A DNA stretch of 63,791 nt, filler included, from Aduncisulcus paluster (lineage: Eukaryota): NCBI GenBank assembly GCA_024181965.1. It is 4 parts of 4 records of this genome, joined end to end, with 100 filler letters (N's around TTAATTAATTAA, not from the genome) between each part and the next. Parts side by side here need not be neighbours in the genome. Positions count along the whole stretch, not along the records: positions 43,711 to 61,155 come from BQXS01012427.1; 3 more parts are not named here. One strand, written 5' to 3'. The notes below the pieces were generated by a model. That model was given only the letters and a program-made list of their open reading frames with translations, searched no databases and was not told the DNA's origin. The stretch's first letter is position 1. The number at the start of each line of letters is the position of its first letter. Shown here piece after piece: positions 49,401 through 59,376 of this stretch. A program made the translations under genes and the position numbers.

Positions 49401-49656
49401 GAAAAGAAAAATGAAGGAATATAAGTTGTAAAATGATTATATCACACAGAAATCATCGAAAAACTATTCGTCTAAATAAAACATACTTATCAGTTTTTTC
49501 AAGGAGGGTTACATCAGCACCATTCTCGTAAGCTTCAATAGCGGCACTTAGACCTGCTAAACCACCTCCAACTACAACTACGGAAGACTTTCCAAAAACT
49601 CCATCCATGATGACAAAGATAACAAATAATAAGGACAAAAAGTTCAATAGTTTCAT
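46425..49656 (-). CDS. Signal-peptide-bearing flavocytochrome c/Osm1-like fumarate reductase fused to FAD-linked oxidase (D-lactate dehydrogenase/GlcD-like); 2 exons (49656-49487, 49395-46425)
   Basis: Fumarate reductase part: GGGLAGL Rossmann motif, TGGNSQKASSGINA, QIHPT, EALRG, HYTMGG, RLGGNSLLEC. Oxidase part: PCMH-type FAD domain, FIGSEGTLGIIT, GDHGMG, IKKALDVNNVLNP. Confidence 0.92.
49396..49486 (-). other. Spliceosomal intron (91 nt, GTATGT...CTAG)
   Basis: Removal restores LEKTDK-TGGNS in frame; pyrimidine tract before the AG. Confidence 0.9.
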
Positions 49657-50074
49657 AATATATTGAAATTGTTTGTGATAATTTGATTGTTCGAAAAAAA
49701 AATTAGCAATTATCGTTCGTTCTTTGGATTTCTTCGCGAAGCCCCTATAATCAAGCGAAATCAATTATGAGGGTGAAAATACCCCTCAAAAACAGATTTC
49801 ATGGGATGAAGCTTCAAAATTAGCTAGAAATAAACATTGTTCATATCCTAAAGAGTTTTATTAGGTATGGACCGGCTCTGCAATACCTTTTCAAAAGGTA
49901 TTATGCAAGTTGCATGTGTGACAAGCTTACGCTTGCCTTTACAGGATATTATTCGTAAAAATAACAAATTCAAAACGTTTTATTACCTAAATTATCTACG
50001 ATTAGGTTGATTTGATGCTAATTGAACGAATAAATTTTGTTTTTTTGGATATACAGTGTTTTTGCAGCAAAAAT

Positions 50075-53000
50075 ATGTTTATTTCAAATGTTTCTTTTCT
50101 AATTTGTATTTTTTGTTTGATCATTATTAATTTTACTTCAACTGAAACCGTCAAACGCTCTATAGATGAAGACGAGCTTTTTGATGATGTTCTAGATATT
50201 ATTGATTCATTTTCAGAAATATCAGATATGGTATTTCCATCAGATGATTTTTATTCCGTTTTAGATAATCTTGATCCATCAGTTGAAGAGTTATGGTCGG
50301 ATGATTATCCCCAACACCAAAATATTGTTTTTTCCGTTGCAAATACGATAGATTCAACTATATCTGAATATACGAAACATGTTAGAAAATTTTCCAGTTT
50401 ATTAATTGAGAATCTCGAATCCACTTCCACTGGCAGTGTGACTAAAGATGAGTTTGACAACGTTTTTCGTTCTTCTTCCGAGCCCTTTGATGAAGATTCA
50501 GATATCATTTCTGTATTATCGAAATATTCTCCTTCAGATCAGGTTAACCCAGTTTCTTTTGAGAGTATTTCTGTTCATACTCCATCTCGTGCATCTACAT
50601 CGGATATTCGCTTCTCATGTAAGTTTGAAGACAGTGATACTGCATGTTCATCGCCTCAAACCTGCGTTTTACATTCATTTCAGTCAACTACCAATTCAGA
50701 CAACAAGAAAATATCATCCATTTCCCATTCTTTAGCTTCCTCCTTCGAAGATCTTAAAGCTGTCCACTCTAGTTCGTCTGAAAACGAGCATTTAAACGAA
50801 GATAGCGAGTTCATGTGGAATATTATTGCAGATCCAAGTGGCGCCTCTTTCTTCTACCCTTCCGTTTACATGACAAGTTCTTCCATATTAACGAGTTCCC
50901 TGAGGACAAGATCACTGTATGACCGTCGTTATAGTAACGTATATGCCAACTCTTCATCCTTGGGCATGCGTCGTGGAGTTGTGTTCCTCATTGACACTTC
51001 TATTGATCCGATTCTAAGTGAAATAATGAAATCTTCTGTGTCTATTTATATACTAAACATTTTATACCGTTCTATTATGAATGTATTTGAGTCTCTTGGT
51101 GATAACGATTGGCTTGGAATTGTATCTGGTGATGAGGTCTGGCAAGGAGGTATCATGATGGTGGATAGCGATTTTAACTGCTCGAATCCCAATGGCGATT
51201 TAGAAGATATCGATGACACTGATCGTTTGAAATATGGGTTGATGCAATTGAGAGATGAAACAATTCGATCCGTTGTTCGCAATGAACTTTCAACGTATTT
51301 TGAAAGTTTGTTTACATATGTTAACGATTCAATATCATCAACGGCTGTATTTTCAACCAACTTAACAGTTTCTGGCAATTCGCCATTCGTTTCTATTTCA
51401 GCAGCCTCTTCCACGTACGATGCTGAAAATAATCATCCTCTGTTCGGAAGCACCACTGCTGGGTTGACTGCTCTTTCCTCGGCTATTAATCCGACGGTAT
51501 CTCTCAAAACGGTGCTTAAAGAACGTCTTCGGAGTGATCTCGGATGGAGTTCATCCCAGCAGAACATGTCCTCCTTTCGGCCGCTTCCACACTCTTCTCC
51601 GCTGCATATGTTCGTATTTTCATTGGGTTCATGCATTCATTTCTACTATCCTCAGTTCCTTCTGAAAGAAAGACGCCGTTTACTGAGTGAATACTCCAAT
51701 TTCTACACTCATTTCTATATTATTGATGTGTTGTATCATATCAATAACGGAACCATCAGCCAACTTGTCAAGGATGAGATGTTACTTACGTCAGAGTATT
51801 CTGACAATGCAGATAACGACATTGATTTATCCTTTAAAGGTCATTATCCGTGCTTGCTTGACTCTGTTCTTGACAACCTTGAGGAATTGTGTGATGCCTC
51901 TATGACAAGGATCTCTTTACTCCGTGGTGTTGATATTATTGCAAATATCGTCAGAAAGAACGATATTTCCCTGTTTAAATTGCATACAAAATCAGCTCTC
52001 CAAGAAACTGTCTTTCAACATCTTGATAGTTGGTTGGGATGTAAGATTCTTACACCCTTGGTGACTGAAATGTCTGAAATTCCATCGTCAATTCTATTAA
52101 ACTACCTTCTTGAGGAATATATTGATGACAATAATGAGAAAGAGGAAGCAGAATCTGATCGAAATGCTGTGGATTTGCTTCAGAAATATGCTTTCATTGA
52201 TATTTCAACAGAATTAGATCCAATTGTTAACAAAGTCGTAGTAACATTCTCAATTCCGTTATTATCACGTTCAGGGACATTTTATGGTGTTTATTCTTCC
52301 AGTTTTGATTCAAACTATCTTAACGAACTTATATATTCAGATTCGGCTTATTATGCCCTTTCTGACACAGTAACAGTCGATTTCAACCCATCACAGTCGT
52401 ATTTAATGTTATTTGACCCCAATAAGAAGACCCTATTCCACCCTTCCCTTCTACCAACTCGAATTGATGCAAATACCATGGATATTGACGACCTTGAAAA
52501 CCTCATTGCCACTATTTCTGACGATAGTGATCCGATTTATTTGAAATCAGTCAATTCGTCGACGGGATCAGAGATATCTTTCAAGGAAGAGATCATCGAT
52601 GCATGTTTTGATGAGGATATTGTCAACGGTTCTGTCATGGCCAAATCATTCCATCGTCTCCACGAATCCATCGCCCTCCCATCTCTTCTAACCGTACAAT
52701 ATGAATGGACAGTGTTATCGTGCGGATTGCAGTTAGTTTTGGGTGTAAGTGAACTCGACATGTATCGTGTTAACCGATCTGGCCCGACTGTGGCTTGCGA
52801 TACATCAATGCCCAGTGTGTACGACAGCGATTATACTCTCGCCGATGAAAACAACCCTTTAACCTCTCCGTATGAGCCATGTTTCCAGCCGACAGTGTTC
52901 TCCCACGTCTCCCATCTCTCACAAGAGGAACTCTCTGCCCTTGGATGGGAATATATTCCCGAAGATTCCAGTGAATATCCTTCTCTTGGCGGATTGTATG

Positions 53001-54214
53001 TTTTATTTGGGAATGAAGTCTTTGGCATTCCTTCTGTCCTCCAAGAGAATGGGCTTTATGGGGAAGATGCGATATCATTCGACGTGGCAAAAGATATAAA
53101 TCGTTATTTGATAAAACAACCCTGTGATCGTGAATATTTCAGTGATCAAGAACTGGATGATATTCTCATTATGTCAATGTTAACTTATTACTGGGAGTAT
53201 AGTCTCATTCATGGAGAATCACAGACCACATTTGGACAGTTTCTGTTCGATATTCTAATGTTTACAAGGGCCGGAGTGTCTTTGTTGTCACCTGAATCCC
53301 CCTTTGATTTCTCTTTCCATTTTGAACAGAGATTTTGGGTGAATTTCTCTTACGCCAACGCTGACATGCCTTTGTTTCTGTTTGCACCTTTTAGAATACA
53401 ACCCACAAATGTTTTCCTAATTTCTGCTTCCATTCCCATCGTTATTCCTACTTCCAGTGGGAAAAATGTTCCTTTTGCCGTTGCATCTTACACGCTATCT
53501 ATGACTTCGCTCTCCAATTTCTTCTCGAATACGATATGCGGCGAGTCATATGCATCGTGCATTCTCGTGGCTTCCAATGGTGATTTTATTTTTTCTTCGA
53601 ATTCATACCATTCTAATGAAATATTTTCAACCAATGTGACCAATAGTTTGGCTAATATTCGTGAAATTGCTCCAGATTTGTATTATTTCCTTCTGAAGAA
53701 TGAGATTTTCTACGAGTATGAGGTTTTTATTCCTTCCACTGGAGAGTATGATGTTTTGTCAATTATTAATATCTCTGGATTCACCCAAACAGCTACAGTT
53801 GTCCAAGATAGCTCAGATTCCTCTTCTTCATCAACTACAAGGACGATATCGTATCATGTCGGTTCCTTCGAAGATGAATGTTCCGATGGAAGTTTCTCAA
53901 CAGTCGTTTATTCTTTCAATTCTGAGTATGACTATATGCTTTGCGTGATCATTGACTTGCCTGATGTTCCAATTTGCTCATTAGAAGATGAAGAAGCCTC
54001 AGAATTTGATATTTGTGAAGAATCAATGGCGAGTATCACAAGTTCAGCTCACTGGAAAATTGCGAATATTACAGAATTATCAGCTCGGTCTGATAATGAA
54101 ACCGATGGTAAATTCTATTTTGGGAAACATGATGTTCAAGGGTTCAGAGTGACCGTTATTGTATTCTGTACGCTGCTGGCAGTTGTAATCTTTTGGGAAT
54201 TATTTCACCACTGA
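50075..54214 (+). CDS. Alpha2-delta/CACHD1-like protein (VWA + Cache domains, signal peptide, C-terminal TM)
   Basis: GASFFYPS, YDRRYSNVY, VVFLIDTS (VWA), SLGDNDWLGIV, VVTFSIP..FYGV, YLMLFDPNKKTLFHP; second Cache FEQRFW..ILVASNGDFIFS. Confidence 0.8.
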   Translation: MFISNVSFLICIFCLIIINFTSTETVKRSIDEDELFDDVLDIIDSFSEISDMVFPSDDFYSVLDNLDPSVEELWSDDYPQHQNIVFSVANTIDSTISEYTKHVRKFSSLLIENLESTSTGSVTKDEFDNVFRSSSEPFDEDSDIISVLSKYSPSDQVNPVSFESISVHTPSRASTSDIRFSCKFEDSDTACSSPQTCVLHSFQSTTNSDNKKISSISHSLASSFEDLKAVHSSSSENEHLNEDSEFMWNIIADPSGASFFYPSVYMTSSSILTSSLRTRSLYDRRYSNVYANSSSLGMRRGVVFLIDTSIDPILSEIMKSSVSIYILNILYRSIMNVFESLGDNDWLGIVSGDEVWQGGIMMVDSDFNCSNPNGDLEDIDDTDRLKYGLMQLRDETIRSVVRNELSTYFESLFTYVNDSISSTAVFSTNLTVSGNSPFVSISAASSTYDAENNHPLFGSTTAGLTALSSAINPTVSLKTVLKERLRSDLGWSSSQQNMSSFRPLPHSSPLHMFVFSLGSCIHFYYPQFLLKERRRLLSEYSNFYTHFYIIDVLYHINNGTISQLVKDEMLLTSEYSDNADNDIDLSFKGHYPCLLDSVLDNLEELCDASMTRISLLRGVDIIANIVRKNDISLFKLHTKSALQETVFQHLDSWLGCKILTPLVTEMSEIPSSILLNYLLEEYIDDNNEKEEAESDRNAVDLLQKYAFIDISTELDPIVNKVVVTFSIPLLSRSGTFYGVYSSSFDSNYLNELIYSDSAYYALSDTVTVDFNPSQSYLMLFDPNKKTLFHPSLLPTRIDANTMDIDDLENLIATISDDSDPIYLKSVNSSTGSEISFKEEIIDACFDEDIVNGSVMAKSFHRLHESIALPSLLTVQYEWTVLSCGLQLVLGVSELDMYRVNRSGPTVACDTSMPSVYDSDYTLADENNPLTSPYEPCFQPTVFSHVSHLSQEELSALGWEYIPEDSSEYPSLGGLYVLFGNEVFGIPSVLQENGLYGEDAISFDVAKDINRYLIKQPCDREYFSDQELDDILIMSMLTYYWEYSLIHGESQTTFGQFLFDILMFTRAGVSLLSPESPFDFSFHFEQRFWVNFSYANADMPLFLFAPFRIQPTNVFLISASIPIVIPTSSGKNVPFAVASYTLSMTSLSNFFSNTICGESYASCILVASNGDFIFSSNSYHSNEIFSTNVTNSLANIREIAPDLYYFLLKNEIFYEYEVFIPSTGEYDVLSIINISGFTQTATVVQDSSDSSSSSTTRTISYHVGSFEDECSDGSFSTVVYSFNSEYDYMLCVIIDLPDVPICSLEDEEASEFDICEESMASITSSAHWKIANITELSARSDNETDGKFYFGKHDVQGFRVTVIVFCTLLAVVIFWELFHH

Positions 54215-54344
54215 GTAGTCTCTCTCTCTCTATCTTTCTTTCTTCTGACGTGGTATTTATATATATAATTCGTTCCCAATTCAAACCATACCAGCAATAT
54301 TGTCCACTGCCTTATGGGCATCTATATATAGATGTTTTATTCAT

Positions 54345-54378
<34 letters not shown>

Positions 54379-54624
54379 CTTGGTTCTTGGTAATATATAT
54401 TTATATTTTCTTCCGTCTAAAATTACTTTTTTTGCAATCATTGTTCCACAGTCATCTGTACATCATGAGATTAGATAAGCTGATAACACAGTTAACTGGA
54501 ATCATGACGTTGTAATAGTCTAAATTCAATTTATTTTGTCACCTGTGCCATGCCATTCTTCATCAAGAGAAATATCTCTCAATTGAGATGTGTGATTGAA
54601 ATCTCTACTGTCCTTGTGAATCTA

Positions 54625-55515
54625 TCACAAGATAACCTTCTTGCTCCTTCTGTTCTGCTCAACTCGACGTACAACACTCTGGAGCATTCTGTGGACACTC
54701 TGAATGTATAATAAATGCACTGTATCAACAGGTAACGTCACTTCTCTTTCAATTGCAGTGTCAATGATCTTACATAGTTCATGCATGGCAGCGTGACACA
54801 CAAAGGATGAACCAGGAGAGCTGGGAGGTTTGATGGGTCTATCTTTAATCATAACATCACCATCCTTTGATTTTTTATGGCTACTCGCCCGCAGGTGTGA
54901 TTCACACATTGTCTTGATGGCTTCAATTCTTTCCCCAACTCGATCACCATATATTATGATGGAAATGACCGAAATTACTAATACTTGAGGAATTCTAACC
55001 AAAGAAATTCGAAGAAGACATCTTGGATCATCATGGAAGACAATTGTGAGGACATTCCACATATGAGGAAGGATTTGACCAAATCGAAGAACAAAATATG
55101 GGAATTTTGAGAGACGAAAGATTTCTTGTTGAATTTTTGAGTGAGTTTTGAGATTCCATTTGCAAGATCTGAGAATAAAAAGTTCAGCAGTCGTGATTTG
55201 TGAAGCAGTTACAGTTTCTTTCCCCAAATACGAAGAGAGATATGAAGGAGTTATTTTGTTAATATTATTCGATTCTAAAGCCTTTGACGATATAGATAAG
55301 GCAGCTAATATTGCAATCTGATGAGAAATATCAGGGGCAAATTCATATTTTGTGATTAGAGTCGGATCTCTTCCATCGCTTGAACACCTATCACGCGATT
55401 TAGTACATAGAGTTAAATATAATGTCAAAGCACAAAAACAAATAGGTTTTCTGATTTGTTTCTCTTCGCATAGATCCATTATCTTCGTGAACAGTTCCTT
55501 ATAAATTACAACCAT
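54625..55515 (-). CDS. Divergent cyclin-box protein
   Basis: AILAALSISSKALE..ITTAELFILRSCKWNL cyclin N-terminal motif. Confidence 0.7.
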   Translation of the reverse strand: MVVIYKELFTKIMDLCEEKQIRKPICFCALTLYLTLCTKSRDRCSSDGRDPTLITKYEFAPDISHQIAILAALSISSKALESNNINKITPSYLSSYLGKETVTASQITTAELFILRSCKWNLKTHSKIQQEIFRLSKFPYFVLRFGQILPHMWNVLTIVFHDDPRCLLRISLVRIPQVLVISVISIIIYGDRVGERIEAIKTMCESHLRASSHKKSKDGDVMIKDRPIKPPSSPGSSFVCHAAMHELCKIIDTAIEREVTLPVDTVHLLYIQSVHRMLQSVVRRVEQNRRSKKVIL

Positions 55516-55932
55516 AAGATCAAAATATTAACAAAATAAGTGGGCCGAAAGATGATTAAATTAGAACTAGTTGAAACCAAATAAAGAACAAAACAACTTC
55601 AGATGATACATAATCATGAGATTGGTGGAATTGAACAGGCTGGAAAATCTTATTTTGTAATCAAATCAATGTTTAATTGGATAAATTAGAATCTCTAAAC
55701 ATAATATTTTTCATATTCAAACCCAAAAAATGTACCAATGTGTTATGTTAAGCCCTATGACGAAAAAAGTATCTAAAATTCAAATGAGACCATAATTCTC
55801 AAAAAGAGGGATAATATCAAATATTCAAGTTATGATAATACAATTTAAGGGTATCCTTTATTTATGATCTCATGATAGAAAGAAGAAAACATCAAGAAAA
55901 AAAGCAATCCAAAAAAAGTGGGTTATGACGCA

Positions 55933-56607
55933 TCATGAGTCGAATTTAGTCTTACGGTTTTGTTTTTTCCTTAAGAAATCGAAAGGAACGTATCCATATT
56001 CCTTCCATTTCTTCATTTCGTCAAGAGCAGTAAGAACAACCACAAAAGCAAGATACATGAACAAAATGGGCCAATAGACTGGAATATCAAATACTTGGAA
56101 GAGAGTAAGGAAAAGACAGATCAAATGACTCTTCACAAACAACCACCAAAACTTGAATTCAGGTAATTGTGGAATGAACGGTTTGTATTCGTCATCTCTC
56201 TCATCGGCCTTGTTTGGGAGTTGAAGCATTTCCAGTCTGAGACCGTCTTCATCGTCAAACATGAAGTCACTATCCATAGGAATAATTTCATTGGGAGAGT
56301 GAGATTGTGGAGCTCCAAGGGGCGTAATAAAAAGGAGGAAATGGACTATAATATACACATAGAGGCAATACATTACAAGAACATAATGGAATGGGCTTGA
56401 AGTGAAGACACAACGCAAAATAAACAGAAGAGCTATTACAGCAGCAATTATCCATCTACCGGTTTTAAAAGGTATGGTAAGATTAAGATATTTATCAGTC
56501 ACATGATCCATTTTGGTTTTATAATGTTTAACGATGGTTGGGAGGGTTGTCTGACCAGGAATGAAGTCAGACCCATTATATTCCGTTGTTTTCTCATCAG
56601 CGTCCAT
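55933..56607 (-). CDS. RER1: ER retrieval receptor Rer1
   Basis: FLLFITP, EYKPFIPQLPEFKFW, FDIPVYWPILFMY and YGYVPFD motifs. Confidence 0.93.
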   Translation of the reverse strand: MDADEKTTEYNGSDFIPGQTTLPTIVKHYKTKMDHVTDKYLNLTIPFKTGRWIIAAVIALLFILRCVFTSSPFHYVLVMYCLYVYIIVHFLLFITPLGAPQSHSPNEIIPMDSDFMFDDEDGLRLEMLQLPNKADERDDEYKPFIPQLPEFKFWWLFVKSHLICLFLTLFQVFDIPVYWPILFMYLAFVVVLTALDEMKKWKEYGYVPFDFLRKKQNRKTKFDS

Positions 56608-56950
56608 GATATTATTTCAATGTTTCAAAAATTTAATTGGGGGACCTTTGGATATCTGTGTGATACAGGAAAAACTAATATTCGAAAATCAACTTGAAGT
56701 TCGTCCGATACTTGCTATCCATCTGACAGCGATAAATTGGGAAAACAGATGGATTAAAAATATTTAAAAATTAGGATATTTATTGAATAAAACAATATTA
56801 TTTTCCAAGTATTGGAATCCAAGATCCAGATCTGCTAGCCATCCTTATGAGAAAGAAAACCAAAATTGTATATGATAAAAGTTCTTTCTAATTCATAAAT
56901 AAACAAAAAACTAAAATAAAATGGATGTATTCTTTGTAATTTGAAAGAAA

Positions 56951-57574
56951 TCACTTTCCAGATCGTTTTGGCCGTTTTGGCATTTTAGGAATGACAATTT
57001 TGGCTTCTTGCTCGTCTTTCGATTTGGGTGGGACATGAATAATTGGCTTTGGAATCGTTTTTGTATGAATGGGAGGAGGAGATACTTTTTCTATATGATG
57101 TGAAGGAATAATATGACTTTGTATGGGATCAGGACTTAATATTGTGCTATGATGAAGCTTGGATTCTACTTCTTTGGGCTTGATTTTTTCTTCTTTTTCA
57201 ATATGAATCAAAGGAATACTTGGTGGCAATCGGGAAGGAGGAGATGGGGAGACCGACGATTCTTCAGGGAAAGAATCAGGATCGTGTTGTATAGAATAAC
57301 TGGATGAATCCACTGATGTTAAGATTTGGGAATGAGATCCCTTGGATATAATAAAAGATGATGATGGACCAACATCGATGTTTAATGAAGGTTTTCCGAG
57401 CATATGTCCAAGAGGTGAGGCTCCTGCTATACGTTTAAATCCTCTAGGTGGTTTAATTATATCTTTATCTGTTTTTTCAACCGTAGATGAAGTTGGTTTG
57501 GATTCTTTGTTATTTGATGAGTTTTTTTTCTTGAAAAGCAAAAATTTACCACTTTTACCTTTCTTTGATTGCAT
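56951..57574 (-). CDS. Pro/Ser/Lys-rich hypothetical protein
   Basis: 207-aa ATG ORF with low-complexity composition. Confidence 0.55.
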   Translation of the reverse strand: MQSKKGKSGKFLLFKKKNSSNNKESKPTSSTVEKTDKDIIKPPRGFKRIAGASPLGHMLGKPSLNIDVGPSSSFIISKGSHSQILTSVDSSSYSIQHDPDSFPEESSVSPSPPSRLPPSIPLIHIEKEEKIKPKEVESKLHHSTILSPDPIQSHIIPSHHIEKVSPPPIHTKTIPKPIIHVPPKSKDEQEAKIVIPKMPKRPKRSGK

Positions 57575-57892
57575 TTAATGCATACCCAAAGAACTTATCG
57601 GTACAAAATCGCGAGAATAGCGAACTTCGTCATATTCCATCTGTACGATAATAAATTCAAATATTGAACCCTAATATTTTTTAAAAATGAAATAAATTTA
57701 TTATTTTGCCTCGAAAATTTTACAAATTTGGATAGATTCACCTAGGGATAAAATCTAAATTTATGCAGTAAAAGCTAATTTATTCACAAATATAATATAA
57801 TTTAATATAAAAAAATACCTTTCAATCATGGTTTTCCCTCAAGTGGAATCGAGAAATGAATAAACATTGATATTCCAGCAAATCAACATTAT

Positions 57893-58990
57893 TCAAAGTG
57901 TCCAAATTTCTGAAATGTTTACATTCTTCATATATTCAACTGAGAGACCTAAAAATGGATTATAAGCTATTTGATCGGGCTTTTCTTCTTCTTTTGACAC
58001 GTCATGCGTGGTTTCTTCCTCCATTTCTTGAGAATATTTCAATAATTTCCCAAATCCACCAGAAACACCTTTATCTTCAGTTGTTGCCACAACGTCTTCT
58101 TTTCTATCAATAACTTCGGCGGGTGATTCTTTATCTTTTGAAAACCTCACTCCAAAATCAGGCCGCATCACAACTATCTCAACGATTCCTTTAACTTTGG
58201 TGAAGATTTCTGTGCACCTTGACCCAGGAGCAATCCTAAATCCATATATATTTTCTTTGGCCTTACCTTTAACCATAGAGAGGGTAGTGATTGTCAGAAT
58301 ATGTCCAAATTTGGACGAATTGACGACATCTAATTCACAAACCTTACTTAATGGTATCGAAACGTTAAAATTTGGAGTATTTTGAGAGAACCAGATAAAT
58401 CTCAAGTTAGTCAACACGGCTTCTCCCAACCAACCTTCATCTTTGACGACACTACATACCCCACCGTATTGTTCGACAATAATTTCATTCGGAAGAAGTC
58501 TAATTTCACCAGCTTTAAATAAACTGGCTCGTAACAAAACATCTCTGAATGTATGAGAAGTATCATAAGCTCTTCGAACCCTATGGACGGCAGAAAACAT
58601 CCCCATTCTACCACCGTTATGGAGGAAGTTGAAATTATATCTTGTAACTCCCGAAGTTGCAGATATATGAAGAGCATGCATTCCTTTCGATTTATCAGCA
58701 TCTTTTACAGCTTTTACATATAAATTATTAACACATCTCCAACCTATCGATATGTTGATCGATTGTTTTTCAAATAGATACCATACTATTCTTAAATTTG
58801 TTAACACTAAGGTTCCTTTCAATCCTGGGTTACCAAGAAGGTCAATCACATTTTCAAATCTGACAATAACTCTTTCGCCAGGAATTTTTGTCACATCTTC
58901 AATCTTATTATCAAAGCGCACCGTGCAATCTTGCCATATTGACAAAGCGAACTTTACACGGTCCTTACTCCTTTTTCCAAATACTCCCAT
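57893..58990 (-). CDS. BBS5: Bardet-Biedl syndrome 5 protein (BBSome)
   Basis: WQDCTVRFD, GTLVLTNLRIVW, NISIGWRC, RAYDTS..FRDVLLR, TNLRFIW..FNVSIP, SKFG, YGFRI and PDFGV. Confidence 0.93.
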   Translation of the reverse strand: MGVFGKRSKDRVKFALSIWQDCTVRFDNKIEDVTKIPGERVIVRFENVIDLLGNPGLKGTLVLTNLRIVWYLFEKQSINISIGWRCVNNLYVKAVKDADKSKGMHALHISATSGVTRYNFNFLHNGGRMGMFSAVHRVRRAYDTSHTFRDVLLRASLFKAGEIRLLPNEIIVEQYGGVCSVVKDEGWLGEAVLTNLRFIWFSQNTPNFNVSIPLSKVCELDVVNSSKFGHILTITTLSMVKGKAKENIYGFRIAPGSRCTEIFTKVKGIVEIVVMRPDFGVRFSKDKESPAEVIDRKEDVVATTEDKGVSGGFGKLLKYSQEMEEETTHDVSKEEEKPDQIAYNPFLGLSVEYMKNVNISEIWTL

Positions 58991-59376
58991 GGTCAAAATA
59001 AATTTGATTTATAATATATATTAAAAATATGTCAGTATATTTAACAAAAATGTTAAGAATGTTACAAAAAGAGGAGAAATTCTCTTTTGGAAGTTGCGAC
59101 GGTTTTTAACGACCATCTCATTGATTCAATCTATTTTTGAGGGTCTTTTTGTTTTTTAATTGGGACATATAATCAAGTCAATTCCATAATACCGATCATG
59201 ACTAACTAATTTAGCGGCGAAACTCCGAAAATGGTTTTGGGGCGTAATCGAATAATCCAAAGATTAAAAAAAATAAATTTATGATTTTTAAGTATTGTTT
59301 CGTATAATTACATCAATAGATCTTAAATAGGGAAACGATTTACAATCAACAATTTCAATCAGCTGTCTTGGTAGGG

